Counted from the first letter of the stretch, positions 1-14,384 are shown. The stretch is DNA of 64,000 nucleotides from Octopus sinensis (GCF_006345805.1 NC_043004.1:83018001-83082000), one strand, 5' to 3'. Notes: generated from the letters alone by a model not told the origin. Program-made: numbers and translations.

Positions 1-31
<31 letters not shown>

Positions 32-199
32 TAGAATAAATGTACGTATCTTAAATTATACTAATCAAATAAATATTGAAAATACGTGTATTAACTATAA
101 ATAATCGAAAAACATTTCACAATATTTCTCAAAATAAAAGGATAACTTATCTTATCGAAGGATTTGTGTTAGCTAAAAATTTAAACTTAATACGTAGAA

Positions 200-1975
200 C
201 TTAGCGTTTATAAGAAATATATTGCGTGAAAATATGGAGAAAATAAAAATTATAGAATAAATTGATAAAAATATGTATTTAAGCTATTAAAATTACAAAA
301 TGTATTTTAGCTGTGAGAATAAGAAAAAAAAACACTTTAATATACCATTTACTGGAAAATTTGTAAAGTCTAAATGATTTATAACTAAAATATGTAAAAT
401 ACGCAATATACATAAAGTAAGCTGAATTTCTATAATTTAATCTATTTTCATTAATTAATTAACTTATTTAATAAACATTTAAGTTTTATCTAATTCTAAT
501 TATGTAATTTACACTATATAATCTTGTACTAATTTATACACATTTTACTACTACAAATTATTACTACAACAATTAGTAACATAAAACAGGGTTTATATAT
601 ACACTCAAATTAGCTAAATGAATTATATAAGTAATTTAACTTATGTCTACATTTAATTTTTCGTTCGTCTAGTAATTAAACAATTTTTATATTGTTTAAT
701 AATAACTCCTTAAATTCATCAGTACATAATAAACAATAAATACTACCTATTCGATATCATTTTGCCGTACAAACTATCACCCAATTTAAATTGCACGTAA
801 TATTTTAGATTTTAGTTCCCATATAAATTTTCTAAGGCCAGTATAATTAATCAAATTTCTTTTCTTAAAAGAATTCATGTAGTGAGTCACCCGTAATTCA
901 ATTTTATTAAGAAGTCGGCATGATGTAAATCACATTTAAATTATCAACATTCCTATTATTATCCTCAATCAAAGTTACTACACATTTACATACTACATTA
1001 TCCAAATTACATTTCTTATTAAAATTACATGTCGTTTTATCTCTACATGTAGAATTAATTATATCCTGGTCTATACTATCATTATTGGAATAATTATTTG
1101 ATTTGTTTTTGTAAAACTTATTCAGCTTAAATTTGTTAAAAGAAGAAATAATGTTACCAACATTATTAGTAGTAGAATAACCAACCCCAAAATTATTACT
1201 AGAAAAAATGATATTATATTACTTATTATCTCTAATGAATACTTCCATTATGTTTAAAATCTATTTAATAATGCTTGTTTTAACTTGAGCACCATAAAGA
1301 ATAATTAACCAAATTTTATTCTTATTATTAATATTATTATACTTAATTTTTATATTATTAAATTTATTATTATCATTAAATGAATTAAATTTAATCTTAT
1401 TTTGTGGACTATTATTATAGTTATGTTTTGCATTAGCTTAATACATATTGATAATACCATAATTAGCTAAATAAATTTTATAATTTTTAATGTTAGTTTT
1501 ATTGTTATAAAATGTAGGAATCACTCATATTATAATCTTTTATATTACAATCATATTTAGAATTATTAAGGAATTGAATATTATTATTATAGCTCACCTC
1601 CCACAGGGCTTCATTATAATAAGGTGCGTGTTTTTGGAATATCTCCAAATTAGAAGAAAGCAACGATATTCTTTTACCTATATTATCTGTCAATGATTTC
1701 TTAATTCAGGGTGGATGATTACTATTGGCATTAATATATCTAAGGTTTTCATTAATTTTATGGAATGGTTTTAGCCTTTTTCACATTGCTGGATTGAATG
1801 GTACGGTCCACGTGTCGAAAACATAATGATATCCGTGGGTCAGCTTATATGCTGGATTGTTGGTATGGGTGTGGAATCGTTTTATAACGAACCCTTTTAT
1901 AAATAATATAGTTGTCACCTAAATGGGACAGTCCCATAAAAGACGACGCTGCTCCATAGAGCACATCACCCCCAG
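200..1975 (-). mobile_element. Degenerate Penelope-like retroelement (same family as 61483-64000)
   Basis: ORF 1505..1693 KRISLLSSNLEIFQKHAPYYNEAL matches the RT thumb of the 62223..63854 ORF (RISKLSSNFNIFNSHSGHYNEAL); boundaries approximate. Confidence 0.6.
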
Positions 1976-2238
1976 CTAGTTAATGACACACTGTCTGTGT
2001 CCGACCAGTATTCGCGACGGGAAATCATATATATAAAGTTAATCCAAACAAGAAAGCACAAAAAAAACACAACAACGCGAGGACGTGGAACAAATATAGT
2101 ATTATTGGACGCTCAGGAAAGAAGGAAAGAGGGAGGGTTTAAGGTTTTGAGCGGAGCTCTTCGTCAGAAATATAGGAGAAGGAAAGATCCAGAGAAGGGA
2201 AGACAGAGGGAAAAAAATCGCCAACGGTACACACGCGG

Positions 2239-2281
<43 letters not shown>

Positions 2282-2749
2282 TTAATTATATATATATATA
2301 TTTAAATAGGTGAATGAATTATCCTATGTTTATCGTCAGCATGGAAAATTCGTTGAACCGAAACCAGGGTAGCAAATTCTCGTCAGAAACACGGTTGAAG
2401 CGACCTGTCCAAGAGTAGAAACTCCGGGTTCATGTGCAGAAATTTGAGTGTTGTATATGAATAAATGAAAGAATGGAGTCGAACGAAGTTGTTAACAAAA
2501 TTCCTTTACTCTCGACATATGTTTCGAAGACAACATGGTTTCAGTCCAAAGGAATAAAGGGTGAATTATGCAATCTTCTCATCAGGAAAGAAAGGGAGCC
2601 TCTCTCGACAAGACAAACAAAAACTTCGATGACTGCCTACATGGTAAACAAAACGATAATGAGTGTTTTTAAAAAAACTGTTAGAAGAATTGACGTCAAA
2701 AATAGATAGTAGGAAGAGAAGAGTTAAAGGAATAATAGATAGGGAACAA

Positions 2750-4500
2750 GTGGTGAGGGAAGGGTACGTTGATTAAAAAAGAATGTTCGAAGGCTTAGGA
2801 AATTATTTCGCTATTGAAGTGGAGTGCAAGTTAAGCTAATTGTTCAAGCCACAGTGACTATCGTTACCATTTATATGAGTAGAAAGTATGTTTCTGCCAG
2901 TGTTTACATTTGTACGATTTCTCTATGAGTGTATTTACAAGGGGAACCTTAGAGAAGAGAATATGGAAGAGTTCAGAGTTGCAAATGTTACAAAATCTCC
3001 TGCCCTTATCGAAAAGAAAGGGTACAGACAGTATGAACAAATCTAACTTGAAATTTATATTGTTGTCTTTAAGACGCCAAACTCATTTACTTAGCCCTGT
3101 ACTATGTAGATTTTTACTATCCCTGAATGTTGAATAATGGTTTGTAATTCTCTTGGATAACTGGGAAGTGGACGCTCCTATATAGAAGAAGACATCGGTA
3201 CCGGAAGAAATTCTACACTGGTAAATATAATTCTTAATCTTAGAATTACTAGACAAAATTTAATTCTGTTGGGGTTGTCCTCCGAGATCGAAACGAAGTT
3301 TCTATTGCTATGATTTTTGTTACTATTATTATTAGCGCCAACAACTACACTATTTCTATTATTATTAGTATTATTAATGGTAATGCAACCAGTAATACCA
3401 CGAACAATAATACCGTTATTGTTATTACCATCAACATTAACATTGTTATTAACACGACTAATACTATTATTAATATTATCATTGTTAACACTATCGCTGC
3501 TACCAATACTATTACTATTAATACTATTCCTATTATTATGATTGTATGATGGGTTGGAATTAGCAAGATTAGTGTTGGAACTCCCGGGTGAAAAATCTTT
3601 GTTTAGCAGCTTGGTATTTTGAGAAGATATAATTTGCGAAAGATTTCTAGTGTTAGAGAAAGCGATTCTAACTATGTGGGAATTGATAATAGAATGATAT
3701 CTGGAATTTCTGGGAAAGTTCCTTGCAACGGCTTCACGGAACTGCAAGGGAAGGTTCAATTTAATTTGTTTTCCGAAAGGTATTACGAACCAGATACAGT
3801 TTTTGTGGCCTTTGAATTGTACTTAGTGTTATTTGTGAAAGGAAGGGGAACATTTCTGGGTTGGAAATTTGGGGTTGAATGGCGCTTACCTCCCCTAGTC
3901 CGTAAAGAATTTATTTTATGTACAGGGTTGCTGGCACTATTAGAATTGAAATCACTATTCCTATTACGAGTAACTTTTCTATCTGGAGAAGCAGCTGTTG
4001 GTTTAGAATGAGCTGAATCGATGTATGATACATTCTCCTTATAACCGGCTTTTAACAAGGCGGCTATATAGAAGTCGACATTGGCATATAATTTAGACAG
4101 TCTCAAGGATACGTTTTTGACTAAATTATCGGTAACTGGCCTGGCATGATTACTGTAAATGCTAATATACTTAAGATTTGTGGAAAGTTTATGATAAGGG
4201 AAGTATGAGTTATTCTGCAAAATGAGGGTAATGTCTAAGAAGTTGGCTTTAGTTAATTCATCGTCAAAACGATGCGCAAGCCCATTCTACTAATCTGTTC
4301 TTAACCTTCTGTATTTTTTTATTCGAAACGTTTTGGAGGTAAAGCAGACAATCGTCGCGATAAAGACCTCCACAGATGTCCGGGAATTGGTCGGCCATTT
4401 CATAAAGAATATAAATTCCGACCAAATCGGCTATCTGGACGCTGTCTGTACTTCCCATTAGTACATCAAACGCATTAGGAGTATCTCTACGGACCCACAA
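2750..4500 (-). mobile_element. Penelope-like retroelement fragment (RT core, Asn-rich linker, decayed GIY-YIG)
   Basis: 4264..4500 LMGSTDSVQIADLVG...GGLYRDD; 3783..4220 YFPYHK..Y....SNH; 3178..3759 ARNFPRNSRYHSIIN..VRIAFS; interrupted by stops and frameshifts. Confidence 0.8.
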
Positions 4501-4569
4501 CTTGCTATCGAACTGGATGAAAAATTTCCTAATATATATTTATATATTCATATATGTATATATATAATA

Positions 4570-4600
<31 letters not shown>

Positions 4601-4650
4601 ATTATATATGTATGTATATATACATTTCTTTATATATATATATTTATATA

Positions 4651-4747
<97 letters not shown>

Positions 4748-5529
4748 GCAAATAGTTCATATCCAGTTTAAGGAAGAAAAGAAAATTAAGATAAGGAAGT
4801 TCACACTTATTTGTCATTAACCAACTAATCTTCTTACAGCCCTTTAATTACAATTTAGTACATTATATTTGCATTTATGTGACATGATCATAATTTCATC
4901 AGAGGAAAGAAAAGAGATATAGCTTTGAGATGTTATATGTGAACCTAACAATTCCTTTTAGTCGTCTGCTTCAATGAATTGATAGCTCCCCATATACCAT
5001 CACAAGGTTACATCTGCTTTTTTCCTCTGAAGAAATTATGCTCATGTCACAGAAGTGCAAATTAAAGCACTGATTTGTAATTAGATTATTGAGTATTAAT
5101 CGAAATAGCTGTAGAAGCAAAGATGGCTAACATATTAATAAAAAATAGTGAACTTCCTTCTATCCATTATCTTTTCTGCTTTTAACCGTTTGCGTATACG
5201 TATGTATGAATGTATGTATGTATATATATATATATATATATAATATATATATATATTATATATATATATTATATATATATATATATATAATATATATACA
5301 TATATCAACTCTTGTGTTACTTTCCAACCTTCTACATACATATTAATACATACAAGCATGCATACATACATACGTACATACGTGGGAGTTCTGTCTGAAA
5401 AGTAACGGGAGAGAGCGTGATGTGGGAGCTCTGGGTAAAAGGGGTATAAGTGGATAGAGTTGTATAAAACTGTACCCTTACATTTCTGCAACCATCGCAT
5501 GTTATTTCATAAGTTTCGTTTATACCTCT

Positions 5530-6250
5530 TCGTTTTCAGGTCGTTCATCTGAGCACTGAGGAACAAACGATGAACACCGAGCAACGAATAAAAAGGAACT
5601 GTTTTGTTCAGTTTCGGAAAACTCCTTCACAAGCACTTGATATGCCTCAGTCATTGTATGGAGATTACAATCTGTCTCGTACCGATAGTTTTAGTGGCGC
5701 AAGAGATTCAAAGAGAAGCACGAGGATGTGAAATATGAATCCAGAAGCAGAGATACTTTCAAAAGCAGGACTGAGAACAACATCCATCGGTCAGTTAATA
5801 AACTACAGAGAGATTCAGCGTTATTCAGTGTGTGAGAAGAGACGAGAATTGTGGCAGAACAAATAAAGCCTACTATACAGGAACAATGCACCTACTCACA
5901 ACGCCCTGAACATCTAGAAGTACAAGGCAAGAAGAACATCGCCGTTCCCGAACAACCTTCCTATTCACCTGATCTTACTTCGTGTGAAGATTTTCTTTCA
6001 CTAAATATCAATAGGATCATGAAAGGGGGCCGTTTTGAAAACATAAAATCCAACATGAAAGATTTAACGAATGAGCTGAGGGACAGCTCAGATGAATCTA
6101 TCCAGCAGTAAATAGAAGCGTGGCAGGGAGGGATGGAAAAGGGCATTAGATTCAAGAGAGATTACATTCAAAAGGAAACTACGAAGATTATTGAAATTGA
6201 AAAAAATTGTTTGTGAAATCAGTCCATCAGTCCTTACACCTTTCAAACAG
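5530..6250 (+). mobile_element. Internally deleted mariner remnant
   Basis: N-terminal MNTEQRIK..FV.F.K..SQAL at about 5570; 5851..6111 P.QPSYSPDL...F..I...MKGGRF. Confidence 0.7.
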
Positions 6251-6287
6251 TCTTCGTCTACATATGAACATAGTGTACCGATGCGTA

Positions 6288-6329
<42 letters not shown>

Positions 6330-6825
6330 GGGAGAGTGGGGAGTGAGGAGTATCAATATCTATAAATCTGAAATGAGAAAGTTTGTGTTTGTCTAGTTTT
6401 GGCATTGGAACGGGTTAAAGGGTACTAGATCCGGTGGGATTGATTCCAAAATTTACAGGGACATGTAAAATGAGGTGAGGATGTGAGTGGGCTAGGTTAG
6501 AAATCCCTATCTTAAAAGGTGTCGTTACTAGGGCAAAAAGCGCACACTTTGACAAGTCTTCTCACGTTCTTTTATCTGCCTGTCTTCCTTCGTCTCTCTC
6601 TGTCGCTTTCCTCCCTTCCTTTCACATTCTCACTATAACATCATTTGACAGCGTCTACTAGCTTTCCCACACCGCCTTCGCCAGCGCTGTTACTCTCTCT
6701 CTCTATCTACATCTGTCTGTATTCATAGAGAGAATTATCGTCGCCACAACCATCACACGATCATGAGAACAAATATTATGAATCATATTTATTGGGTTAA
6801 TTTATATATGTGTGTGTGTTTGTTC

Positions 6826-6873
<48 letters not shown>

Positions 6874-6952
6874 TTGTATACATTTGTATATATAATGCGT
6901 ACACACACACATACATATATATATAATGCGTATATATGTACATATATATACG

Positions 6953-7000
<48 letters not shown>

Positions 7001-8132
7001 ATATATAATGTGTGCATTAGGTGGACGGTTGAGCTGAAAATATGCATACCTGCGTTAAAAGTGCTGGCGAGTTTGCATGGCAAATATTTTTTCCTCAAAT
7101 GAAAGGCGTGACCTCTAGGACAAAATTCCTCATCTTATAAAATGTTGCCCGAGAAGACCCGAATGAAATCGGGTTATATTAACCAAAATGTGAAAAAATG
7201 TCTAAACGGGGCTGGAAGGGGTTTTAAATTTACAGGAGCGGGTGTTTAGGAATTCTCTGTTACATCAAACTAAAAAAATTGCGCCAGCCTTTAAATCGTC
7301 AATGTATTGCCGTCCACGATGAAGATGTTTTGAATGCTTGCCATGGTGAGTCTACTGTCGTGAGAAAGTATCACTTCAAAACTTCGTGGTTAGGAACTTT
7401 CTTTTACATCAAGTTCAAAATTTTACGCCAGCCGTTAAACTGCCAATATGTTGATGTCCGTCGTTAAGAAATGCAAGCCATGGTGACTCTACTATCCTCA
7501 GATTCTATCCCTTCAAACTTTGGTTTCCAATATTAAAAAAATTTTATTCAGCTTGCAAGTTCGTCTGTCCCTTTTAAATGTTAGTGTGTTGCTGTCTGCC
7601 TTGAAGGAGAGCTTTCCGTTGTCACTGCCTGATATTTATGATTGATCTTTCAAAATATTTTCTTTCTCAACTTACTCAAGATCCTTTGTTGTTTATAAAT
7701 GGGAGAGAGATAGATAAAGATAGAGAAAGTGAGGGAGAGTCCGATAGAAATGAAGAGTAAGAGAGTGGGAAAGTGAGAGAGAAAGGAGAGAGAATCAAGT
7801 GGGAGAATGCGGTGATAAAAAACGGAAAGGAAGCAACAGAAAGTAACAACCACACTCTTACCCACGCGTAGAGCCGGTCACCTTAAGCTAGTATATATAT
7901 ATAAAACACATGAGATCGAGAGGATCCTTATGTAGAAGAAATTTTGTGGTGCCCGAAAGATCGGAACTTACAACCCTTAATTCTCTAACAAAGCACGAGT
8001 TAGCGGGATAATGAGATGCTATAAGGGGAATCCAAGTGAGCAGATATGGAGATGATCATGGAAATAGACGGGAAAATAACACCTTTGTTTTCAAAGAATT
8101 TCGCATTAAAAATACAGAAAACAGATACTTAC

Positions 8133-9185
8133 AGACGAATTAAACACCAGTCCTCTGTATATCAGATATGAAAAATATACTCCAGACGTTATTCCTGAAA
8201 CAACTTGTAGTACGTAGCCTTTCTGATTGACTAAGTCAGTTGCTATTTCATATGCTATAATACACCAGTTAAAAGTGAATATAAATGCCATCAACCCATT
8301 AGAAAACTGAAATAGTGAGTTAATTCTTTTCGTCAATTGACTCAGTCTAGTATGATGGTTAATTATTTGTGTTAATATTTCATTAAGATTTCTATGTCTC
8401 TCAGAGATTCTTCTGTTCGAATGTTGAATTTCCTGTATGGACTTTTTAAGTTTATCTGATAAATAATTAAATTCTTTTGTGAATATTGATGTTAATGCTT
8501 CATATAATCTGTCAGGTGACAAAATAAGGATAGCATTCCATATATCTGTTGAGAAATTTAATATCAACATAAACCCAAAAAACTTATTTTCTCGTGTTAA
8601 TGGAAATCCTAACACTTCCAAAAAATATTCCGGATCAACTAAAGTTGCCGGTAAAATAATTTGGCATATAGCGGCTATGACAAAATAAACTTGTATATAA
8701 ATTAAAACAGTACATGCTCCAAATTTGTTGTACCGTTTCATCAATATATTATTTGGACATATTGGAATATAAGTTTGGAAATCATCGATTAATCCGTAGA
8801 TGTGATTCCGTTTCCAGATAACGGTTAGTGATAATAAAGTTGGAAAAACCTTCGTCATGAGCATGTACAATTCCCCTAATATATATTTATTCTTGTTTGA
8901 TGTATAACGTGCAACAATAAGCCATATCAAGCGTACAATATCAATTGAGGAGATTAAATAGAGTAAAGGGAGACATAAACACAGAATTCGTGTTTTCACA
9001 CCAGATCTTTTCCACATTTCTAAACTTATTTTAGAAGGAATAGAAGATACAACTGCAAGACGTCTGATTTTCTCCAGGTATTCATTGAAGGTGCTCTCAC
9101 TTACGGGTTTTGGAGAGTTGTCGTCCATTCTTATATAAACCGAATGTGATTCAGATATTTTGGTGCCTGATTCATATGATTCCAT
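8133..9185 (-). CDS. GRL variable exon V1 (TM1-TM6, 351 aa, intact)
   Basis: ORF 8106..9185 has six hydrophobic segments and the GR-type KEFNYLSDKL...IINHHTRLSQLTKRINSLF segment; ends FNSS|GTAAGT in phase 0; acceptor TTTGCATTCAG at 9240. Confidence 0.85.
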
Positions 9186-10047
9186 GAGTTACTTAGATTT
9201 TGATATAGTTGCAAAAAATATTAGTATAATCATATTCACCTGAATGCAAAACTGAACAGAATATTAATATGTATATCTTTGATTGGGGTTTCTCGCTTGC
9301 TGTTAGTTTCTTTGTAATCGTTTAACAACCCACTTTAATGCATTCATTAATATATTATAACATGTGATTGGGTATACACTTATCATAAAATATAACCACA
9401 CCCCTTATTGTAACATATACACTGTATGCAGTCAATTTCTATTAACTACTGTTTACTCTAAAGTGAAACTGATTATGGTATCGATATTATCTGTTAGTAA
9501 TTGCTTGTCTGATGAATAATGGATCTTTCTGGAAATGAAAGAGTTAACGTTAATGCTGTCGAGCCATACTGACTCATAAGTACCGGTTTCCAGGATTTAT
9601 GGCGTATATATATTCCCTAACTGGACGTGACGTTGCAGGGTTACACACTTTTGCCAACTGAACTGACTGAGAGATATGAAATGAGGTGTTTTGTTGAAGT
9701 AAACAATGCCAACATACGAATAAAATTATCCTCTGACAGTTCCTACCTTTTCCTTCCCCTCGTTCCGTATATATATATATGTATTTCTATACTACCCACA
9801 AGGGGCTAAACATAGAGAGGACAAACAAAGACAGACAAAGAGATTAACTTGATTACATCGACCCCAGTGCGTAACTGGTACTTAATTTATCGACCCCGAA
9901 AGGATAAAAGGCAAAGTCGACCTCGGCGGAATTTGAACTCAGAACGTAGCGGCGGTCGAAATACGGGTACGCACTTCGCCCGACGTGATAACGGTTCTAC
10001 CAGCTCTCCTTATATATATATATATGTATATATATGGAGGGGGTGCG

Positions 10048-10115
<68 letters not shown>

Positions 10116-10160
10116 ATAAATATTGACACATATGAATATTTAAAAAAGATATTTATAAGG

Positions 10161-10436
10161 TATACTGTTTTGTCTGGGGAAAGTCATTTTCTTTTTGTGC
10201 CTTTTAGTGTAACACACGCACCAGTAAAATTACCACTTTTTTCTTATTTTTATTTTCCTAAATTTTCGTTGCGTCTTGCAACCTTTTGAATCGTCTTGAC
10301 TCTCTTGAAAAGTTTGCAAGACGCAACGAAAAGTTTAAGAAAATAAAAATAAGGAATAAGTGGAAATTTCACCGGTGAGTGTGTTACATTATAAGACACA
10401 AAACGAAAATGACTCTCCCCAGACTCAACAGAATAT
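10161..10436. repeat. Imperfect palindrome / MITE-like foldback
   Basis: TTTTCGTTGCGTCTTGCAA vs TTGCAAGACGCAACGAAAA; GTCTGGGGAAAGTCATTTTC vs GAAAATGACTCTCCCCAGAC. Confidence 0.75.
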
Positions 10437-11272
10437 GCTTCAACACAAGAACTCAAATAAAGAATCTTGCAAACCAAATCGAAAACGAATTATAAGATAT
10501 AAATAAATACATAAATATATATAAAAATGCATGTAAACAAAACCCATGTGGGATACATATGGAAGGAAGGGTGAGGAAAAGAGAAACGTAATATAAATAG
10601 ATTTGTTCAAGAATATAACGCGTCTCTTGGTCCACGAATCGATACCACACTGTTACATTCGTCAGTCTGCCACCCTAAACACTAATCCACGCGCCTCCAA
10701 ATTTCAGCAAATGCATTTAATATAAAGATAATACATACATGCATTAGTCTAGACATGTACTCACACATTTCTCTCATAATAAAAATTATGTTAATCTATG
10801 TATAGTTATTTGCAATAATTTGCTTCCTTCTCAATTTCCAATGTACCAAATCCTTCTCGAACCATACATCTCTCTAATATGTTCTCAATTTATGGGACGA
10901 AATGAAAAAGGCTATGGACGTTTTTATGTACGTGTGTTAAAAATCGGGAGCGAGTGAGTGAGACAGTGACAAAGCAAGAGAGTGAATTACAGACACAACA
11001 TGAGAGTGATGTTTTGTGTATAAACTACCTTATTTATTTCAGTAATGTCGTTGTTCAGCGTGGAATATTGGCATACTAAACGTTAGTAAAGCCAGCAACG
11101 TAGTGACGCAAGTCATGTATAACATATAGTACACGGATGAGATCCAAAGATCCTCAGTCTAGAAGACACTGAATAGTACAGTTCTATACTTAAGAGACGA
11201 GGAATTATGTACATTATTTACATTTGACAGGTATTTGTGCTCATCTTGTTTGTTGTTATATACCCTCCAGCC

Positions 11273-11353
<81 letters not shown>

Positions 11354-11354
<1 letters not shown>

Positions 11355-13087
11355 TATGTTTGACTTTTGCTTTATATTTGTACAAGTTGGCTCCAAGTCT
11401 CACCCAGAGACCTCAAGAGACAACAGGGTTGGAAGTTCATGTTGTTGTTATGCCTAGTGTGCCATATATTTGGGGGGTGGGGATGTTTTGTACTAATGAA
11501 TGTCTAAAAAAAAAAAGTTTTTTTTTTTGTTTTTTTTTAAACCGAAAATTATGGTTGTTTTAAACCTTGAGGTTACATAGAGAGTATTTTGCGTAGGATA
11601 TGAGCAGTTCCCATGAGCACTATCTTTTGAACTTCTGCCATTTTTGGGTTTCCTGGTATCTGAGTTAGGTAGCTATCAGCCCCTTTTGCTATCATTCCCA
11701 GGGCACCTATGACAACAGGTATTGTTTAGTCTTCAGCTTCCACATTTTGCTGATTTCTATTTCAAGATCTTTATATTGCTCAGTTTTTGGTAGGTCCTGA
11801 CAGATACGTTTATATCGATGGGACAGTCATATCAATGAGGAGGCATGTTCTTTGTTTGAAGTCTTTCAATATGATGTCTGGCCTATTTGCATCTATCTTC
11901 CTGTCAGTTTGAATGGTGAAGTTCCAGAGGAGTGAGATGTGGTCATTTTCAAGCACTGGGGGTGTTTTGTGTTCCCACCAGTTTTTTCATGGGGCAAATC
12001 CAGGTTTTTACAGATTACCCAGTGAATATATGTGCAGCTCTATCGTGCCTGTTGAGATACTCTGTAGGCGCTAGAAGACTGCACTTGGAGACCACATGGT
12101 CAATGGTTTCATTTTGTTGCTTGCATACACGACACGTTGGACTGCTTCTGATGTTTAATATGTTGGCCTGGTAGTTTCTTGTTGGTAGGCATTGATCTTG
12201 AGCTGCTATGATAAACCCCTCTGTTTCAGATTTTAAGCCAGAGGCCATTAGCCATTGATGGGTCAGGGCTTTGTCGATATCTGCATTATTCGCTCTCTTT
12301 GGGTATTTGCCATAGAGAGGTTTTTCTTGCCATTTATTATTCAGAATATCTAAGGCCGCAGTTTTGGCACGGGTTTCATGCGCCTAGCTTTTTCTGTGCT
12401 TGTTTCTCGTATGTCTATCTCTAATTCCGAAATTGGTTGTATTCGGAATTCACTTAGATATTCCTTTGCCTGTTTTGTGACTGAGTATGATGCTTTCTTG
12501 TTTTCATGTTTTGAGACAAGTTTTAACATCCAGTCCTCAGAGTTTTTCAGGTAGGTGTCTAGGCCAATTGTAGCAATCTTCATTGTTATTGCCAGTTGCA
12601 AAAGACCACGGCCTCCCTCTTTTCTTGGCAGATAGAGTCGTTCTGTATCTGCCTTAGGGTGGTGCATTCTATGCATTGTCAACAGTTTCCTTATTTTTCT
12701 GTCGAGCTGACATATTTCAGTAATTGACCAGTTAACAATATTGAAACTGTAAGTCACGACTGGTATAGCTAATGCATTGATTGCTTCGATCCTGTTTCTT
12801 GCATTCAGCTCTGTCTTGAGTATTGCTCTCACTCTTCGATAGCATTCTCTCCTGATCCTTTCTTCATCTCTGAATGCCTTATTCCGTTCCCTTCAATTAC
12901 CCCTAGGTACTTGTAGCTCTCCGCTGGGTCTAGTTCTTTTATGACATTCTGTTGGTCAAGGTTAACGTTAGATGTTTCTGTCATTTTTCCTTTGATAAAG
13001 GTAGCCTTTGCACATTTATCGAGGCCGAATTCATTCTGATGTCGTCACTGAATTGTTTGACTATCGCTAGTAAGCCCTTGAGTTGTT
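11354..13087 (-). mobile_element. 5'-truncated Dong/R4-type LINE copy
   Basis: Near-identical to the 3' half of 43847-47800 (CRVC..ETIDHVVSKC, RPDIILKD); both ends in (ATT)n. Confidence 0.85.
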
Positions 13088-13112
13088 GATATTATTATTA
13101 TTATTATTATTA

Positions 13113-13149
<37 letters not shown>

Positions 13150-13155
<6 letters not shown>

Positions 13156-13290
13156 ATCAATGCCTGGAATCGAACTCCATATGCCCGTGGGCCAATGGTG
13201 TAGTCGTTAAGAGCGCGGGCTACTAACCTCAAGATTTCGAGTTCGATTCCAAGCAGTGACCTGATTAATAATAATAATAATAATAATAAC

Positions 13291-13368
<78 letters not shown>

Positions 13369-13605
13369 AAGAAGAAGAAAAAGAAGAAGAAGAAGAAGAA
13401 GAAGAAGAAGAAGAAGAAGAAGAAGAAGAAGAAGAACAACAACAACAACAACAACAACAACATCGTAAAATACCTTAGGAATGAGAACCCAGGTTCGAAA
13501 TTTCCTGAAAGCCCCTGATGAAGGCTGGAGTGTATATCAGCCGAAACGTTGTGTTAACAAACAAGATGAGGACAAATATCCGTCAAATATAAATAATGTA
13601 AATAA
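13150..13605 (+). mobile_element. tRNA-derived SINE with internal (AAT)n/(GAA)n and Penelope-like tail
   Basis: Head GGCCAATGGTGTAGTCGTTAAG...GAGTTCGATTCC with A/B-box-like sequence; tail CTGATGAAGGCTG...CAGCCGAAACG; inverted partial copy at about 11213-11280. Confidence 0.65.
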
Positions 13606-13796
13606 TGGACACTGAATAGTGTTCATGAGATTCAAACTTTACAGGGAATCATTCGCCAAACTAAAGAAAATCTATATACACAGTATATGTATTCGACAAT
13701 AACATTTACCATCCAACATCTAGTAACATCCTCTAAAATTAAAAACTATTCTTCTAAATAATCTCATTTAATTAACCTTCGGTGGTATGAAGATAA

Positions 13797-14101
13797 TCTT
13801 TATATATAAAACTGAAGTTGTGTGTGTGAGTCTGTCTTCTCCGATTTAGATTCCTAACTACTCCCACATTTTGCGGTGCAGTTTAACCAAAAGCGGGTAT
13901 CCTATAGTCGTGATTCATATCGAGCCCTTCTGGGTATTAGCGCGCGTCTACGATGAGTCTACGATTTAAAAAAAATTACCATCATTTTTTCGCATTTTCA
14001 ATGCATTTTTTGCTCGGTTTATATAAGGGAAGTAACTCTCTAAATATGCTTATATAGTTATTTCCCTTACAAAACCGAGCAACGCCGGACGATACTGCTA
14101 G
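13797..14101 (+). mobile_element. Non-autonomous Helitron-like element
   Basis: Inserted at A|T, begins TC(T)TTATATATAAAA, has subterminal hairpin AAGGGAAGTAACT...AGTTATTTCCCTT, ends GCAACGCCGG..CTAG; second copy at 52338. Confidence 0.65.
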
Positions 14102-14384
14102 TTACTTATAAAAACCCTTCCATCCACTAGGGCCAGAGGTTACCTCTGGGTTCTTAGGTTTTGTCATCGTCTGCATCTGTAACTTTGCTTTTTTCTCTGT
14201 AGAGGCTTTGTCTATAAGCAAACTCATTTTCAACGCTAGAAACATGTGGTTCATATTAATCCTGCCTTTATTAGTTGTCCTGCCCCGCTTGTGTGACACT
14301 AATGTTTCTCAACTTCATTGAAGCAAACGAGAGACCACACCGCAAGTACCGTGTTTTTCGGTGTGATAATATTAATCATCATAT

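Noticed and set aside
5382-5485. Candidate exon 2 for V1 (TGCAG...GTATGT)
   Set aside because: 104 nt breaks the phase 0-0 pattern, the peptide does not resemble GRL-A exons 2-4, and the donor is created by a (CATA)n repeat.
8106-9185. Interpreting the multi-TM ORFs as GPCRs or as octopus nicotinic-type chemotactile receptors
   Set aside because: No DRY or NPxxY motifs, no Cys-loop or signal peptide; motif and intron pattern fit GR/GRL.
11166-13620. 13-bp direct repeat GACACTGAATAGT as a target-site duplication around the LINE/SINE block
   Set aside because: It does not abut the recognised element ends precisely, and the block contains several independent insertions; unresolved.
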